64,000 bases of DNA. Source: Eledone cirrhosa. Its lineage: Eukaryota. The position numbers and the translations under genes are program-made. Shown here one piece after another: positions 40,693 to 55,158 of this stretch (position 1 is its first letter; every line of letters begins with the position of its first letter). Location: contig OZ024740.1 of assembly GCA_964016885.1 (NCBI GenBank), forward strand, positions 338,396,001 to 338,460,000. The letters run 5' to 3'. The notes beneath the pieces are model-generated. The model did no database searches and was not told where the DNA came from. It worked only from the letters and a program-made list of their open reading frames with translations.

Positions 40693-41035
40693 CGTGTGTG
40701 TGTGTGCGTGTGTGTGTATGAGAAATCGTTAAGTGTATGTATACATATCTGTAGAATGCTCAGCAACTTGCACATTAACTTCATGGGGAGGCTGTTCAAA
40801 CAACTGGAACGCTCGTCATCAAGACCTGTGTAGGTCTAACAACAAAATGTTTATATTATTTCATGTTCTGGGTTTCATTAAGTCCTACTTTCTAATTATC
40901 TGACCAATTGTTTCATTAAATATTTACCATACTCAGCATGAATCATATGCTCTTATGCCTGTATATTCCAAATCAAAATCTAACATTGCCCTTCACCTTT
41001 CCAGGAACTGAGTTAGTGAATTAAATACCACTCAT

Positions 41036-41360
41036 ATTTGAAGGCTCCTAGCCGTCACTAATGACCATGGTTTTAAGCCTAGAAAGTTTCCATTCGAGGC
41101 ACATGTCTGGGCAAGGTTTGTCTGTGGAAGACCAGAAGTCGTCCATACATACCAGTCTCCCCTTACTACACCTCCGATGTTGTCCAAGGGAAAGGCAATG
41201 GCCGACACAGCTTGACACCAGTGACGTCGCAGCTCATTTCTACAGCTGAGTGAACTGGAGCAACATGAAATAAAGTGTTTTGCTCAAAGACAACAAGGCA
41301 CCACCCGGTCCGTTAATCGAACTCACACCCTCTCAATTGCAAGCCATGCGCCTTCAATAC
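41036..41360 (-). mobile_element. CORE-like tRNA SINE with LINE-related tail
   Basis: cagctgagtgaactggagcaac..aaagtgttttgctcaa..atcgaactc (reverse of tRNA head and core); related remnant at ~6390-6520. Confidence 0.6.
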
Positions 41361-41452
41361 CACTCATATAATGGTGTCAATTTAATCAATTATACTTTTC
41401 TACCCCACAAAATACGCATCATTTGGCCAATGTCAGAAATCAATATCAGTTT

Positions 41453-41571
<119 letters not shown>

Positions 41572-41943
41572 TGTGCATATGTTATGCTAATTTTGGCCAT
41601 TTTGGCGTTTATCCTAATTTATATGGTATTCGTTGCAATTTACTTGTTCGCTTGAACAAAATTATTCTAAGGATGGTTGTGCTACATGAAAACTACTCTT
41701 TTCTGCATTATATGTATGAGAACGTTGCTTTCACATGATGTTCTAGGATTTGACAGTTACTTCATTTAACTAAATACAAAGGATCTTGTTGAAAAACAAT
41801 GTTTTAAAAATATCAATCAATCAACAGTTCCTTACACACTGCATTCAGCCCCAAAGGCACTGGATCTTATAATGATATGGGTGTTTATTCTTATCAGTGT
41901 TGATAGTAGGATCAAAATTCATTATGGAAAGTCAATGAATTAA

Positions 41944-42184
41944 CCCTTTCATTACCATATTTCTAATAAAAGACAGCCTGTGATCTTAAACATATTTTCG
42001 AAAATAATCAAGGGTTTGAAGGTATTTAATAACATGATTTTCTCATTTTTAAGCTGGATTTTGGAACATAACTCAAGAAATGTTATATAAAATTACGATG
42101 GAATGTTTTTTGTTTAGATAAACAGTTAAAAACAGTTTTGATCTGAAAGCCAAGGATGGTTTCAGGCGGTTTACTATCAAAAAG
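41944..42184. mobile_element. piggyBac-type MITE, decayed
   Basis: TTAA-ccctttc...atcaaaaag-TTAA; related remnant at ~6611-7046. Confidence 0.45.
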
Positions 42185-42725
42185 TTAAAATATTGATGTG
42201 TGAAACCAGATTCTCAAAGTGATCGATATCAACGACCAGAGATTGATGAAACTACTTGGGCGGTCAATTGACATTTTGAGACAAAACTTGACATTTGTAT
42301 AAGAAATAAAAATACATAAAATAAAACAATAAAATATAACTTGCTTGTACATGTTTCTGATCTCTATATAATTAGTCATTATTGTCTATTTTATATTCTG
42401 TCTAATGATTTATTTATTCAGTTATTTATTTCTGTATATACTTGGTGGGGTAAAAAATTCCATGATAGAGTCGATGGTCTAAAATTTTGGGGGATTCCTA
42501 CTGTAAGAATAAGTTTATTTTAATGTTTCGGATTATTGTGCTGCGTGTGTAATTCTAATTTTAATTAAATGAGATTTCGAAAATGTTCCTCCCGATTCCC
42601 TTGCTCATAGATTTAAACATCAATCTAATATTTTCTTCTACACACTGCAGAAAGAATCTTGATTAATTTGCAATATTACATACGACATTAGTTATGTTAG
42701 CACTGACTCAAACCTTTTATCTGTA

Positions 42726-43010
42726 TGTCAACTTTAAATCATTTAACTAAGCCTGTCATCATTAAACCAACGTATTTGTGAGTGTCATCCTTAAATTGTC
42801 CAGTGGGAATTGTTACCATTATAACATATAGTTGTGGCTGTCACCTTTAATCTTATCAACTGTAAAATATTTAGCTGTAACTATCATCTTTGAGCCATAA
42901 AATCGTGTCTACCACCTTTAAACTATGTAGCTAAGCCTGCACACTTTTAACCATTCGGCTGTGTCAGTGACTTTTAAACCATCTAGATGCAACTGTCACC
43001 GTTAAACCAC
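42726..43010. repeat. Decayed ~28-bp minisatellite
   Basis: Core tgtcaccTTTAAAcc recurs at 42726, 42754, 42783, 42811, 42839, 42882, 42910, 42938, 42966, 42994. Confidence 0.65.
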
Positions 43011-43623
43011 TTAAACATTCTTCACACATTGCTGGCATGTGACAAGAGAACATAACCCAATCAGTACGTTCTCTCCAGAAAGGATAAAGCATAAAGGAGG
43101 GGAAGTTGGTAGTAGATTTCAGCACCAAGCTTTGGTTATTGTTGTTACAACGCCACAGGTAATAGTGTCAATGACAGCCAGAGTAGAAGCAGAGATAAGC
43201 AAAGTCACCTCACCATCAGTAGCAGAAGACAAATATTTCCTTCTCCAGAAAAATATGGTGATAGACACTGAGCATATGTTCTACATTATTCTTCTGGGGC
43301 AGTGAGAAGAAAATGGTGTCTAGGAAAAGGTGGGAAACCATCACAAGAAAAGAGAGAAAAGGCAAAAAAGAATAAGACTTGAAAGCAAATAAATGCTTGA
43401 AGTCAATCACGAAAAGGAGACCACCCTCCGGGAGAAGATGAACGTCATGTCATTATGAATCTGGAGGCGTTGAATTCGAATGATACTCATTTTTAAAGTT
43501 TAGATTTTTTCCGTTTTTATTGAAAATAAGAGAAAGTGGATCGGTAGTGTAGGACAAAAAGAATTGAAGAAATATGGTCAAACATTTTTTTACTTATAAC
43601 AATAACAGTTAATATTTGTTTTT

Positions 43624-45507
43624 CACTGAACATTTGATGATCAAAGGCAACTAAATGAACGTTGACAGTAACCAAAACTCGACTATGTCAGTTAATGTCA
43701 CTATGTATGGTAGAACCCAGTTATATTAGGCAAACATTATCCATGTTGCATCACCTAGAGGTTGTCTACTATTTTAAAGTAGTATAGTATGATGAAAAAA
43801 TGTTTTCATATTTCATCATCCATCATCTTAACCATTTACTTTTCATAAATCGAATCTTACAGTTTTTCAGAACTATTCACAATTTATCGGGATAAGTTCG
43901 ACTATTACAACCTGGGTCGTCATATCTGATACTTGTATAATCAATCCTGACAATTTGTGTTACATGTGTGGCAAAATAACGTTTCCTTCACAAAAGAGAA
44001 CAATTACATATTGTTAGAAGGATCTATCATTTTTATTTTGGATACAAAATGGGTGACCAAGTCAAGAGTTGGATTCCACATGTGTACTGTAATACTTGTG
44101 CAACAACTCTTCGCCAATGGTTGCAAAAGAAAAGAAACTTTATGCCTTTTGCAGTGCCAATGGTTTGGCATGAACCACGTAATGATTTAAATGACTGTCT
44201 CTTCTGTATTGTGTAACCAGCTTGGAAAGGACTTAAAGAGAAAAGGAAAGAAAATGTTGAATATTCTGATATCCCTTTGTGTCAGATGCCCAGTATCACA
44301 CGGCGAAGAACTACCTACACATGTGCCCCCAGAAATAATCCCTGAATTGAATGATGATGAAGAAGAGGTCTTTGAAGTACAGTTTAAAGCTTCAACATCA
44401 AACAATCCAGACTTTGATTCAAAGTATCCAACAAAAATATCACACAGGATAAGACATAGCGAACTAAATGATCTCATCAGAGATTTAGATCTGCAAAACA
44501 ATAAAGTATAATTGTTGGGGGGGTCAAGTTTACAGCAATGAAATTTGCTTGCAAGAATATGCTTATTTAGAAATCGTGATAAAGATTTTCGACCTTTCTT
44601 TCCAAAGATGGGCAGCATAATACGATGTATTGATGTTGATGGCCTTATGACAACTTTATGCATTGTTTACCATTCATAACTGGAAATGATTCATTAAATC
44701 ATCTAAAGTTAACCTTAAAGAAGTTTTATTGCACATAGGCTGTAATCAAGTCCGTTTGGACATGCTGTTGTTATGAAAGAAACTTACGAGAACTTAATTG
44801 AGGGAACTTCTGACCTGTATAAACTACAATAAATACCTGCAGCAGATCTCTGGTGACTTAAAAGACGTTGCTTTGTTGATGGGACTACAATTAGGTTACA
44901 CAAAATACTGTTGTTACTTTTTGGGTGAATGGGACAGTCGCACAATAGATTCACATTTCACGCCGCAAGTCAGTAAGACCTAGAATAAAGAGTGTTCAAA
45001 ACTTGCCTCTTATAGATAGTGAGAAACGTTTTCTGCCACCGTTACACATCAAATTGGGATTGATAAAAATGTCATAAAAGCTCTAGATAAAACCGGGCAG
45101 GCTTTTACGTATTTTGGAAGAAATTTTCCAAAACTAAGAGAAAATTAAAGAGGGCACTTGTCGGTGCCCAAATTTTTAAAAGGCAATGCATTTGCTGAAT
45201 TCTTTTTGCAAAAGAAAAGGTAGCTTGGAACAATTTTAGACTGGTATCACATAATATTCTAGGAAATCACAGAGCGGAATACTAACAGGACTTATACAAA
45301 ATCTACTGCTTTCCTACCAGCAACTGAACTGTAATATTTCCTCTGGTGCATTGAGTAACGAACAAGGAGAGCATTTGCACCAAGATACTGCAGCTATGGA
45401 AAAACGACATCAGCATAAATGGAGCCAAAATATGTTAGCAGATTACTGTTTATTAGTTACAAGAGATGCACAACTTGAATACATGTAGTAGACTAAGAAA
45501 CGCTATG
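43624..45507 (+). mobile_element. Decayed Chapaev3-like (CMC) DNA transposon
   Basis: Broken frames give PDNLCYMCGK, DLKDVALLMGLQLGYTKYCC, WDSR, LPPLHIKLGL, EQGEHLHQD, MLADYC; CAC at 43624 is a possible left end. Confidence 0.75.
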
Positions 45508-45517
45508 TCTTCTTCTT

Positions 45518-45598
<81 letters not shown>
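45508..45598. repeat. (CTT)n(ATT)n microsatellite at left end of the Dong-like block
   Basis: Seen directly; same composite recurs at 55148-55223. Confidence 0.95.
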
Positions 45599-45599
45599 G

Positions 45600-48500
45600 T
45601 TGTTATTCCTTGAATCTCAGTCATTGATGTTGGTTAACTGGAAAGTCCGTTGGATTGAATATCAAGCCACTACCTGCAGCCTCAGATATTCAGGACGTAT
45701 CGGAGGGTTCTTGCTGTTCCAAGCAAGCATGCCTTTTGAAGCGTTCCAAAAAGCGTGAAGGGGCCGATTTTCTTTAACCATCCCTGGAAACTTTTGGAGA
45801 TAGTCCCCAGTGCGCCTATGACAATCGGGATCACTTTGACTTCATGGCAGTTCCAAATCCTTTTCACCTCCCACTTTAGGTCCTGGTATCGGTTAATTTT
45901 CTCCCTCTCCTTCGCTTGCACTCTCGTGTCGAACGGGCAGGCCACATCCACAATCAGACACGATATTTTTTCTTTGTCCACAACCACCAGGTCAGGTCTA
46001 TTGTGTTCCAGTTTTTTGTCCGTCTGTATCCTAAAATCCCACAGCACCTTCACCTGATTGTTCTCCATCACCGCCTCTGGCCTATGCTCATACCATTTCT
46101 CAGAATGTGGTAAATTGTTTACTTTGCATAGGTGCCAGTGGATCACCCTGCCCATCACATCGCGTCTCCAGCCCTTATAGTGGGTCTGGGCTAGGTGTTT
46201 ACACTCGGACACAATGTGAGCCACAGTCTCCTCTCTCTCTCCACAGATCCTGCACAGTGGGCTAGCCTCCTCCTTGTAGATATGGTGCTTCAACCACTTC
46301 GTTTTGAGGGCCTGCTCCTGCGCAGCCATTAGCATTCCTTCTGTAGCCTTTTTGAGGTCTCCTCTTCTCAACCAGTTCCATGTCTGTGGATCTCTAAATT
46401 TCTCAAAGAAGGTACTATGAAGGGATTTTCACTTAAGGCTGCTCTTCCTCCTTGATGTTATTTCCTCCTTGGACATCCCCTGGCCTACTGTCCCCTCCTT
46501 CAGTACAGTTCTGAGCATTGGCTCCTTACTATAGGTCACGTATTTGTATAGGTTGTTTTTCTCCATCTGAACACAGTCCTCTATGCTGATAAGACCTCTT
46601 CCACCCTCAGATCTCCTTAGGTAGAGTCTATCGACATCACTCCTCTTGTGGAACATGTTGTAGATAGTCAATAGCTTCCTAGTCTTCCTATCCATTTCTT
46701 TTTGTTCAGCAACATTCCATCTCAGAATTCCCGCACTGTACCTAATAATAGACACAGCTCGGGAATTTACTGCGCTTATGGCATTTCTGCTGTTCAGATG
46801 TGACTTCAATACGCTCCTTACTCTCCGAATGTATTCAGTTCTTAACAATTCCTTCATTTTTTTGTTCTTTATGCCATCAGACTCCAGAACGCCCAAATAC
46901 TTGTATCCTTCCTCAGAGTCAATTTCCTTTATCATCTCACCTGTTGGTATTTGGATCCCGTCACCTCTGCTCAACCTACCCCTCCTCATCACAATGACTC
47001 CACATTTACCAATACCAAACTGCATACATATATCACTGCTGAAAATACGGACAGTGTCAACAAGCACATCCAACTCCTTCTCACTTTTCCCGAAGAGCTT
47101 AAGATCGTCCATGAAGAGGAGGTGATTGATGGTAAGCTCTCCCCTTCCCAACTTGTATCCTGCTCTCACTTTTCGCAGCATAATGGTCAAGGGCATCAGG
47201 GCAAGGACAAACAACAGAGGAGACAGGCTATCTCCCTGGAAGATACCTCTCTTGATCTTCACGCTTCCCAAGGATACTCCAGTTGATGTCAACTCTGTCT
47301 CCCAGGACCCCATACTCCTGCCCAGCAACTGTCTGATGTTATCTGCCACCCTGAAGATCTCCAGGCTTTTGGTGATCCAGGAATGAGGCACCATGTCAAA
47401 TGCCTTTCTGTAGTCTATCCATCCCATGGCAAGATCAGTGTGTCTCCTCCTGCAATTCCCCATTACCATCTTATCAATAAGCAACTGGTCCTTTGTACCA
47501 CGTGACTTCTTTCGGCATCCTTTCTGTTCGTCCGGTAACAAGTTGTTTGTGTGGAGGTGATGGTAGATTTCCTCAGACACAATGCTCGTCAACAGTTTCC
47601 ACATTACGGGCAGACATGTGATAGGTCTATAGTTGGTAACATCATTACCCTTGATTCGGTCTTTCATTATCAGAACTGTGGTACCTTTTGTCAACCACTC
47701 TGGCACCTCACCCGACACCAAGCAGTCATTGAACATGGCCATCAGCTTCGGGTGGAGGGATGTTAAATGTTTAATCCAATACCCCTGCACACCATCTGGG
47801 CCTGGTGATTTCCAGTTGGTTAGTTTTTTGGCCTGCCCCTTAAGAGTTTCAACTGTGATACTCAAATCAGTTTGTTGTTTTGCCTGCTCACCGATCTCCC
47901 TCTGTATTGTCTCAATCCACCCTGCCTGGGCATTGTGTCTAACATCCTGCTCCCATATTCCTCTCCAGAATGTTTTAGTTTGCTCCGCCCCAGGGATCAA
48001 GTCGTTGCCTCTTTCTTTCCCCTCAAGCTGTCCAAACAGCATCTTCTGGTTGTTATCGAACATGCGGTTCTGTTTATACTGACTGACTCTGTTCTCGTAT
48101 CGCCTGATTTTTGCACTCTTTGCTACAATGCGTTGCTTCAGTTCCTCTATGATAATATTTAGCTTTTTCCTCCTAGTTTTGTATTTTATTTCCAGTCTAT
48201 TTTTAGTGTCTATGTTTTTTAGTGTCCCATTCAGTAGTGACTCAAGCTTTCCTATGTCATTTCTCATTTCCCCGATTTGCCCACTCAGTCGCTTCTTCCA
48301 CCACGGATCTGCTCTTTCTTGTCTGTTGTTTCCTCTCGCTTTTATACCAAGTAGTTTCCTCACCGTATTTGCTGTTGCTTTGAGGATATTGTTGCACTGG
48401 TGAAGGCTCCTCGCCTCAAGGTATGGGATGACTTTGTTTACCTTAGCTGTTGTTTCTTTTAACATTTTCCTGTCTACAAATCTTAGGTTCATAGGTCTCC

Positions 48501-50129
48501 CACTATCATTGTTCAATTCATCTACCACTAAATTTAGGATGTCAACCGAATCTTGTCCTAGCCCGTCAGCATTCATCTCCTCAGTGGCCGTATCTCTGTT
48601 CCAGGTATTATTTATCTCAGTATTCAGATCATTGTCTGCTTCGGGTGGTTCCTCCGTTCTCAGGACCTCTTCACCTTCATTTCCCACTGGCTCGCTTGTC
48701 TGGCATACTACACCCGCCATCTCCAAGCCATTCTCTCTGCTCAGTTCCTCCAGTTCCAGCTCGCTTATCCATCCATTAGTTCTTATTACCCGAGCCTGCC
48801 CGGCCAATTTTTGTTCATCTAATTTAAATAAACCAATCTCGTTCCAGATGTTATGCATCCGTCTCCTGTAGCCCCTCTCCTTGGGGTTACTTTTCAGGTA
48901 ACATTGCATAACAGTTCTATTCAATTCTTTCGTCCAGTTGGTTCTGGCCCCTTTCCTTCTTCTCCTTCCTCCAACATCAGCAGTATTTAGTTGACAGTCA
49001 GGTTCCTGCTGCTGAGCCAGGGGGCACCTGTTGGGTGAGAGTCTGTCACATGACGTTCTAGTCTCCATTTCACCGTTATTCGAACTGTTTATGTTCGATA
49101 TTTAAACACTCTTATCGAGGATTGGCGAATGTATGGTTACATATCCATCTGTGGATCCGCCATTCCACTTGGCCCTTGTGTGGCATTATCACCACGCTGT
49201 ATACGAACACACATAAACAAACAAACACACAGGCAGAAAGGGCCCCCAAAATGAATAAGCATAAGTTTTATTGTAATGTAGTGTTCGAATGTCTGACTTA
49301 GTTTTTGTTTTTTAAGTTTTAGTTTTTCCCCCCTCTTCTCTGTCCGTCCGCCTGCTTCTCTCTTCATTCTTATTTTCTTTACGTTTTTTTGGGGTTTTTT
49401 TTGTTTTTTTTTTTTGTTTTTGTTTTTCTCTGTTTGTTTTTCTCGTTTTTTGCTGTTGTTGCTGTGCTGCTTTGGTTTTGTTGTTTGTTTTTTCTTTTTT
49501 CTTTTGAGTCTATCTATATATTTTGATCCCTTCCTCTTTTTTAGCAGTAGGGATTCTATAATGTGGTGGCAGCAGCCAGCTAAAAGAAGAAGTGGGAGAC
49601 TGGCGGCGGTAGCGATACTGAGACAGTGGTGGTGGTGATGTCGATACCGAGGCAGTGGTGGCGGTGATGTGACCGTATTACTGTAGTGATGGTGCTGTAG
49701 CGGTGGTAGCAGTGAAGGAGTGAAGGGGTGGTGGCGGCGGTGATGGGATAATGGTTGTAATGATGGCCGTAGTGAGCGGTGGTGGTTTAGTGTACACAGG
49801 TGATGGGGTGGGTGGTGTATCTAGTTTCTGGTGCTGGTGAGTTTGGCTGTTCTATATAGTGTAGACAGAGGAGGAGGGGGGGGGGTTCTTCTTCCATTTA
49901 TAGCCATTTTCTTTTTTGGATATACAGTGTACAATACAAAGTTGAATATTTGAATATTTGAGCCTTATAACAATATATTTTGGGTCCGAATTTTTTGGGG
50001 CTCAAGCCGGGTGCTTTACGTAGCATTTGTACTAAGAGTTGTTATTTCACAAATGATTTAAATATGTTAAAAATTCAAAACTTACGGGAGCGATTTCATG
50101 ACCTCCGTCACCTCGTGCGTCTTCTTCCC
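45600..50129 (-). mobile_element. R4/Dong-like RLE LINE, element 1 (apparently full length)
   Basis: Single-ORF RT plus zinc knuckle and RLE; (TAA)n 3' tail; long 5' leader. Confidence 0.88.
45682..49068 (-). pseudogene. RT-RLE polyprotein (~1128 codons) with one in-frame TGA at 46429-46431
   Basis: SPGPDG, NYRPITCL, DYRKAFD, GIFQGDSLSP, LFMDDLKL, CRIC..ETVAHIVSEC, NRPD..DVACP..EKINRY; the two listed ORFs are in frame, 57 nt apart. Confidence 0.92.
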
Positions 50130-50130
50130 A

Positions 50131-50171
<41 letters not shown>

Positions 50172-50174
<3 letters not shown>

Positions 50175-53100
50175 AGCTGCATTTATCTTGCTTTATGTTC
50201 ATACGAGTTATCACCAAGTCACAACCAGTGACCTCAAGAGACAACAAGGTCCGCCATGTTCAAGAAAGAACATACATACTCACACATGCATCTTTAGTGT
50301 TTAGACTTGTGATGTACTTATATTGACAGAATCTTCCTTAGTATATGGGCAGTTCCCATTAGTACTATCTTTTGTATTTCTCCTATACGCGGGTTTCCTG
50401 GGATTTGCGATAAGTAATCATTAGACCCCTTAGGTATCATTCCTAGAGCGCCTACAACCACTGGTATTGTTTTAGTTCTCAATTTCCACATTTTTCCAAT
50501 TTCTATCTCCAGCTCCTTATACTTGCTCAATTTTTCAAATGTTTTTATAGATACATTCTTGTCTATTGGAACGGGCATATCAATTAGCAGGCATACCCTC
50601 TTTTTAAAGTCCTTCAATATTATATCAGGTCTATTTGCATCTATTTGGATGCTAAAGTTCCACAAGATTGAGATGTGATCTTTTTCAAGTATGGGAGGTG
50701 GTTGATGCTCCCACCAGTTCTTTTGATGGTGCAGGTCAAAATGCTTACACATTATCCAATGTATGTATTGTGCAGCTCTGTCATGTCTGTTTAGGTATTC
50801 GGTTGGAGCTATAGGACTGCACATTGAAATGGTATGGTCAATAGTCTCTGGTTGTTTTTTACATACACGGCATAATGGGCTGAATCCATTTTTTATTATG
50901 TTGGCTTGGTAATTTTTTGTTGGCAGACACTGATCTTGTGCTGATATAATCAGTCCTTCAGTCTCCGATTTCAGTCCAGAGGATGCCAACCACTGATGGG
51001 TTAAAGTTTTGTCAACATCAGGATTGTTAGCTCGTTCTGGGTATTTTCCATACAGAGGCTTTTCTTGCCATTTCTTAGCCAGTTTCTGTAGCAGTTCTTT
51101 CTTTGCAGTTACTTTTACCTGCTTTGCTTTTTCTGTGTTTTCCATTTCAGCAGTAAATGGGACTTCTGAAATGTATAGTCCATTACTGTATCTTTGTGCA
51201 TCTTTTGTAATGGAGTATGATCTTTTGATGCTTTCGTGTTTCAAAACGAGTTTGATCATTCAATCATGTGATTCCCTTAGATATGTAGATAATCCAATTG
51301 TTGCAGTTTTCAACGCAATGTCTAACTGGATTAACCCACGTCCTCCTTCTTTCCTAGGGAGATATATTCTATCTGTATCTGCCTTAGGGTGATGCATTCT
51401 GTCCATGGTTAAGCATTTTCGAATTTTTGTATCGAACCTACGGATCTCTGTGCTTGACCAGTTGATGACATTGTAACTGTAGGTTACTACTGGTATGGCA
51501 AGCGTGTTTATGGCATCGATCCTATTCCTTGCATTCAATTCCGTTCTTAAGATTGCTCTTACTCTGCGGTAACATTCCTTCCTTATCCTTTCACTCATTG
51601 TCGAGTGCTTGATTCCGTCTCCTTCACAAACACCTAGATATTTGTAAGTTTCCTCTTGATCAAGTTCTCTTATCACATTCCCTCGATCAAGATTAATGTC
51701 TGAACTTTTCAGCAGCTTTCCTCTGGTGAACGTTGCTTTGGCGCATTTATCTAGTCCAAACTCCATTTTAATGTCATCACTGAACTGCTCCACAGTGGAT
51801 AATAGCCCTTGCCATTGTTCATCATTTTTTGCAAATAGTTTCAGGTCATCCATGTAGAACAATTGATTAATGGTTTTGTCATAGACTTTATATCCATGTT
51901 TTGTTTCATTGAGCATTTTACTTAATGGTATAAGTGCGATGCAGAATAAAAGTGGTGATAAAGAGTCACCCTGAAAAATTCAACAATTAATATTAACTTC
52001 TCCAGCTTCCAGTGATTTTGTTTCACTATTCAAAAGGAGTGTCGTTTTCCATGTCTTCATACTGAATGACAAAAACCTCCTGACAACGGGGGATATTTTG
52101 AAAATCTCTAAACAATTTTCAATCCAACTGTGTGGCAAACTATCGAATGCTTTTTTATAATCTATCCAAGCAATTGATAGATTTTTGTGTCTATTATGAC
52201 AATCTTCCAGTATCATTTTGTTAACCAAAAGCTGATCCTTACAGCCATATGAGCCTCGTTTACACCCTTTCTGCTCAATGGGAAATAGGTCATTTGTTAT
52301 CAGGTGGTCATATGTTAGGACTGAAATTTTATACATTGTGGTCAAGCAAGTTATCGGTCTGTAATTTTGGAGATTGTTTGTCTCATCATTCTTCGGAAGC
52401 AGGAATGTAATGCCGTTAACTAGCCATGATGGTATCTTTTCTGGCTCCTTAACTATTTCATTGTAAAGTTGGGCTAACAGCTCGTGAGACTCTGTGAAGG
52501 CGTTTATCCAAAAATTTTGTATTTTGTCTTTTCCTGGGGATTTCCATTTGCTGGTTTTTCTTAGAGCCAAACGCAACTGTTCAACTGTTATATTTTCCCA
52601 TATTTGTTCTTCAAGGTGAGCTGTATCTTTCATTTGTCTGTCTATCCATGGGGCATGTATATTATGAACTTTTTCTTCGGCCCAGATCTTTTCCCAGAAT
52701 TCTTGCACTTCCTCCTTGGGTGGTATTGATTTAGCAGTTATTGTTGACTTACCAATTTTTCTGTAGAAGTTTCTTTGGTTGGTTTTGAACATATTATTGT
52801 CCTTATAGAATCTAGATAATTTTTCAAAGCGCCTTATACGAGCAGCTTTGGCCGACACTTTTTGCTTGATTATTTCTATCAGCATGCCTATGTCACTTGT
52901 TGGTTTTATACTGTACTTTCTTTTCAATTTTCTAAGTTTAGTTTGTTTAACATGTTCACTTACTTTATAGTTTTTAAAAATTTCTATGTCAGATCGGAGA
53001 AGGTTTATTTGGCGATTGATGTTCTCTTGCCAAGTAGATTTCTTGTGGGAATTCCTTTGTTTTTTCATCTTCACTCCACATATGTGAGTGGTGACTTTAG

Positions 53101-55147
53101 CCGATGATTTAAATGAGTAATGTTTAGTTTGTTTGTGATAATTTAAATCAGTAATGTTTAGTTTGTTTGTGATGATAATGTTTATGATAATTATGTTAGT
53201 CTTGTGTATTATCTTTTGGTTCTGTTTGGAGTTCTGGATCTTAGGGAGGGTGTCTCGTTCCCCCATGTCAGATTCTTTCATTTTCATCCATTCGATCATA
53301 ATTTCATCCTTCAAGTTGGCAAGTTCATTCTCATTCATTTCTTTATCATTTGCGATCTCATTGTTTTCATTCGGAGTTTCATCTTGAGCATGCACTCCCT
53401 CCACTTTTTCGACCCTTTCTTTAATTTGTTCTGTTGTCAGTGATTCCGCCCCAACCCTGGGATTCGAAGTGTTACAATTTACCTCGTTTTCACTGACACA
53501 TGTTTCATTTTCCCTTCGCTGACTTTGTGCTAATAGCTTGATCTGATCAATTTCTATATCAGTTAGTAACTTTTTTTTTACAATATTTCTTCGTATATTG
53601 GCTAGTTTGTTACTGTCAATATAGCCTCTGTTTTCGGGATGTTTCTTTTTCCAGTTGATATATGTCTGTTCTGTATTCGATGTATTTGATGGGTAGTACA
53701 TGGCAGTGTAGAAAGCCTCAAGGACTTCTTTATTATCTTCCCTTGACCATTTTTCTCTCTTTTTCTTTGGATTTCTTGGTGGTGAGCATGGAGGGCCAAC
53801 AGTAGGAGTATTCCGGTCATGGGAGGTCTCCAGCTCCGAAGTGATGGGAAGGTTTGAACCATTAGCTGATTTTTCGACCCCAGTCTGGTTCCTCTCTGAG
53901 GGACTTGGCCCTTTTTTACCCGGGTGACGGCCGATCCGGTATGAGATTTTATCATTAGACATTTACTTTATTTTGTCGCGTTTTATCCTTTTCCGCCAAG
54001 GAGTAATCATTTCGTGTTACCACTTCTAGAACGAGTGTCAACCAAGACTAGAGGGGTCGTTCTCCCCTAGAGACACGGCTATTCCCCGCTGGCCGCCATC
54101 CCGGTATTTCTTGGTCACGGGGTTTTCTTTTTTGTTGTTTTTTTAAATTGTTATTATCATGAGTGGTTCCTTAATGTGAGCATTGCGTGGCTTAAGAATG
54201 AAATTATTAATAATTGTCTCCACTCCAGGCACAAGGCCAGCAATTACCCAGTGCATTACAATAATATAATATACTTTTTGCTGAAGTTGCTTGTTATTGT
54301 TGTTGGCTATGTCGGTGGTGGTGCTGGGGCTTTTTATATTGTTGGTGGGGAAGGAGGGGGGGGGGGCAGCTGTGCCATAGTTGTTGACGTTTGGCCGGTG
54401 GCCGGGTCACTAAGTCAATCTATTTATATCTTTTGCTAGCCTCTCCCTTGTCTAGTGATACCGCCACCTTCCCCTTTCTTAAGTTAACAGAAGGTAATGG
54501 GGAATAGTGGTGGTAGCAATGAAGGAGTGGTGGCGGCGGTGATGGGAGAGTGGTAGCAATGATGGATGGAGTGGTGGCGGCGGTGACGTTGTCGTTACTG
54601 AGTTTTGTTGAATAGACTGTAGTTTTGTTTGATCTGTAGTATCTATGCGTTTGTGTCGCGTATGTTTAATATATGTGTTGACATATTCCCTTAATATTGG
54701 AATTAAACAATTTGTTAAAACTTGAGACAATAATAATAGTAATTATTATTATGATGCTGGGATTGGTGGTGGTGGTGGTGAAATTGCCGTTATCTGGCTG
54801 TTGTATTTAGTGTACACAGCGGGGTGATGGGGTAGGTGGTGTATATAGTTTCTGGTGTTGGTGAAATTGCCCGTCATTTGGCTGTTCTATATAGTGTAGA
54901 CAGGGGGGGGGGGTTCTTCCATTTATAACCATTTTCTTTTTTGAATATAAAATGTATAATACAAAATTGAATATTTGAGTGATATAACAATATATTATGG
55001 ATCCGAATTTTTATGAGACTTGATTCGGTGCTTTATGCATCATTTGTACTAAGAATTGTTATTTCACAATTGATTTAAATATGTTAAAAATCAAAAACTT
55101 ACGGGAGCAATTTCATGACCTTCTACCACCACGTGCGTCTTCTTCCC
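50172..55147 (-). mobile_element. R4/Dong-like RLE LINE, element 2
   Basis: Same domain order; (TAA)n tail at 50131-50171; 5' leader homologous to that of element 1. Confidence 0.85.
50318..53962 (-). pseudogene. RT-RLE polyprotein with a frameshift (~51980) and a nonsense codon (51260-51262)
   Basis: SPGKDKI, NYRPITCL, DYKKAFD, FYMDDLKL, CRVC..ETIDHTISMC, RHD, NRPD. Confidence 0.92.
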
Positions 55148-55158
55148 TTCTTCTTCTT

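Noticed and set aside
42726-43010. CRISPR-like repeat/spacer appearance
   Set aside because: Eukaryotic context, degenerate repeats, spacers only ~13 bp and mutually similar, no cas genes
49080-49200. HDV-like ribozyme in the Dong 5'UTR (minus-strand tcctcg)
   Set aside because: Could not build the nested double pseudoknot by eye; needs a descriptor search
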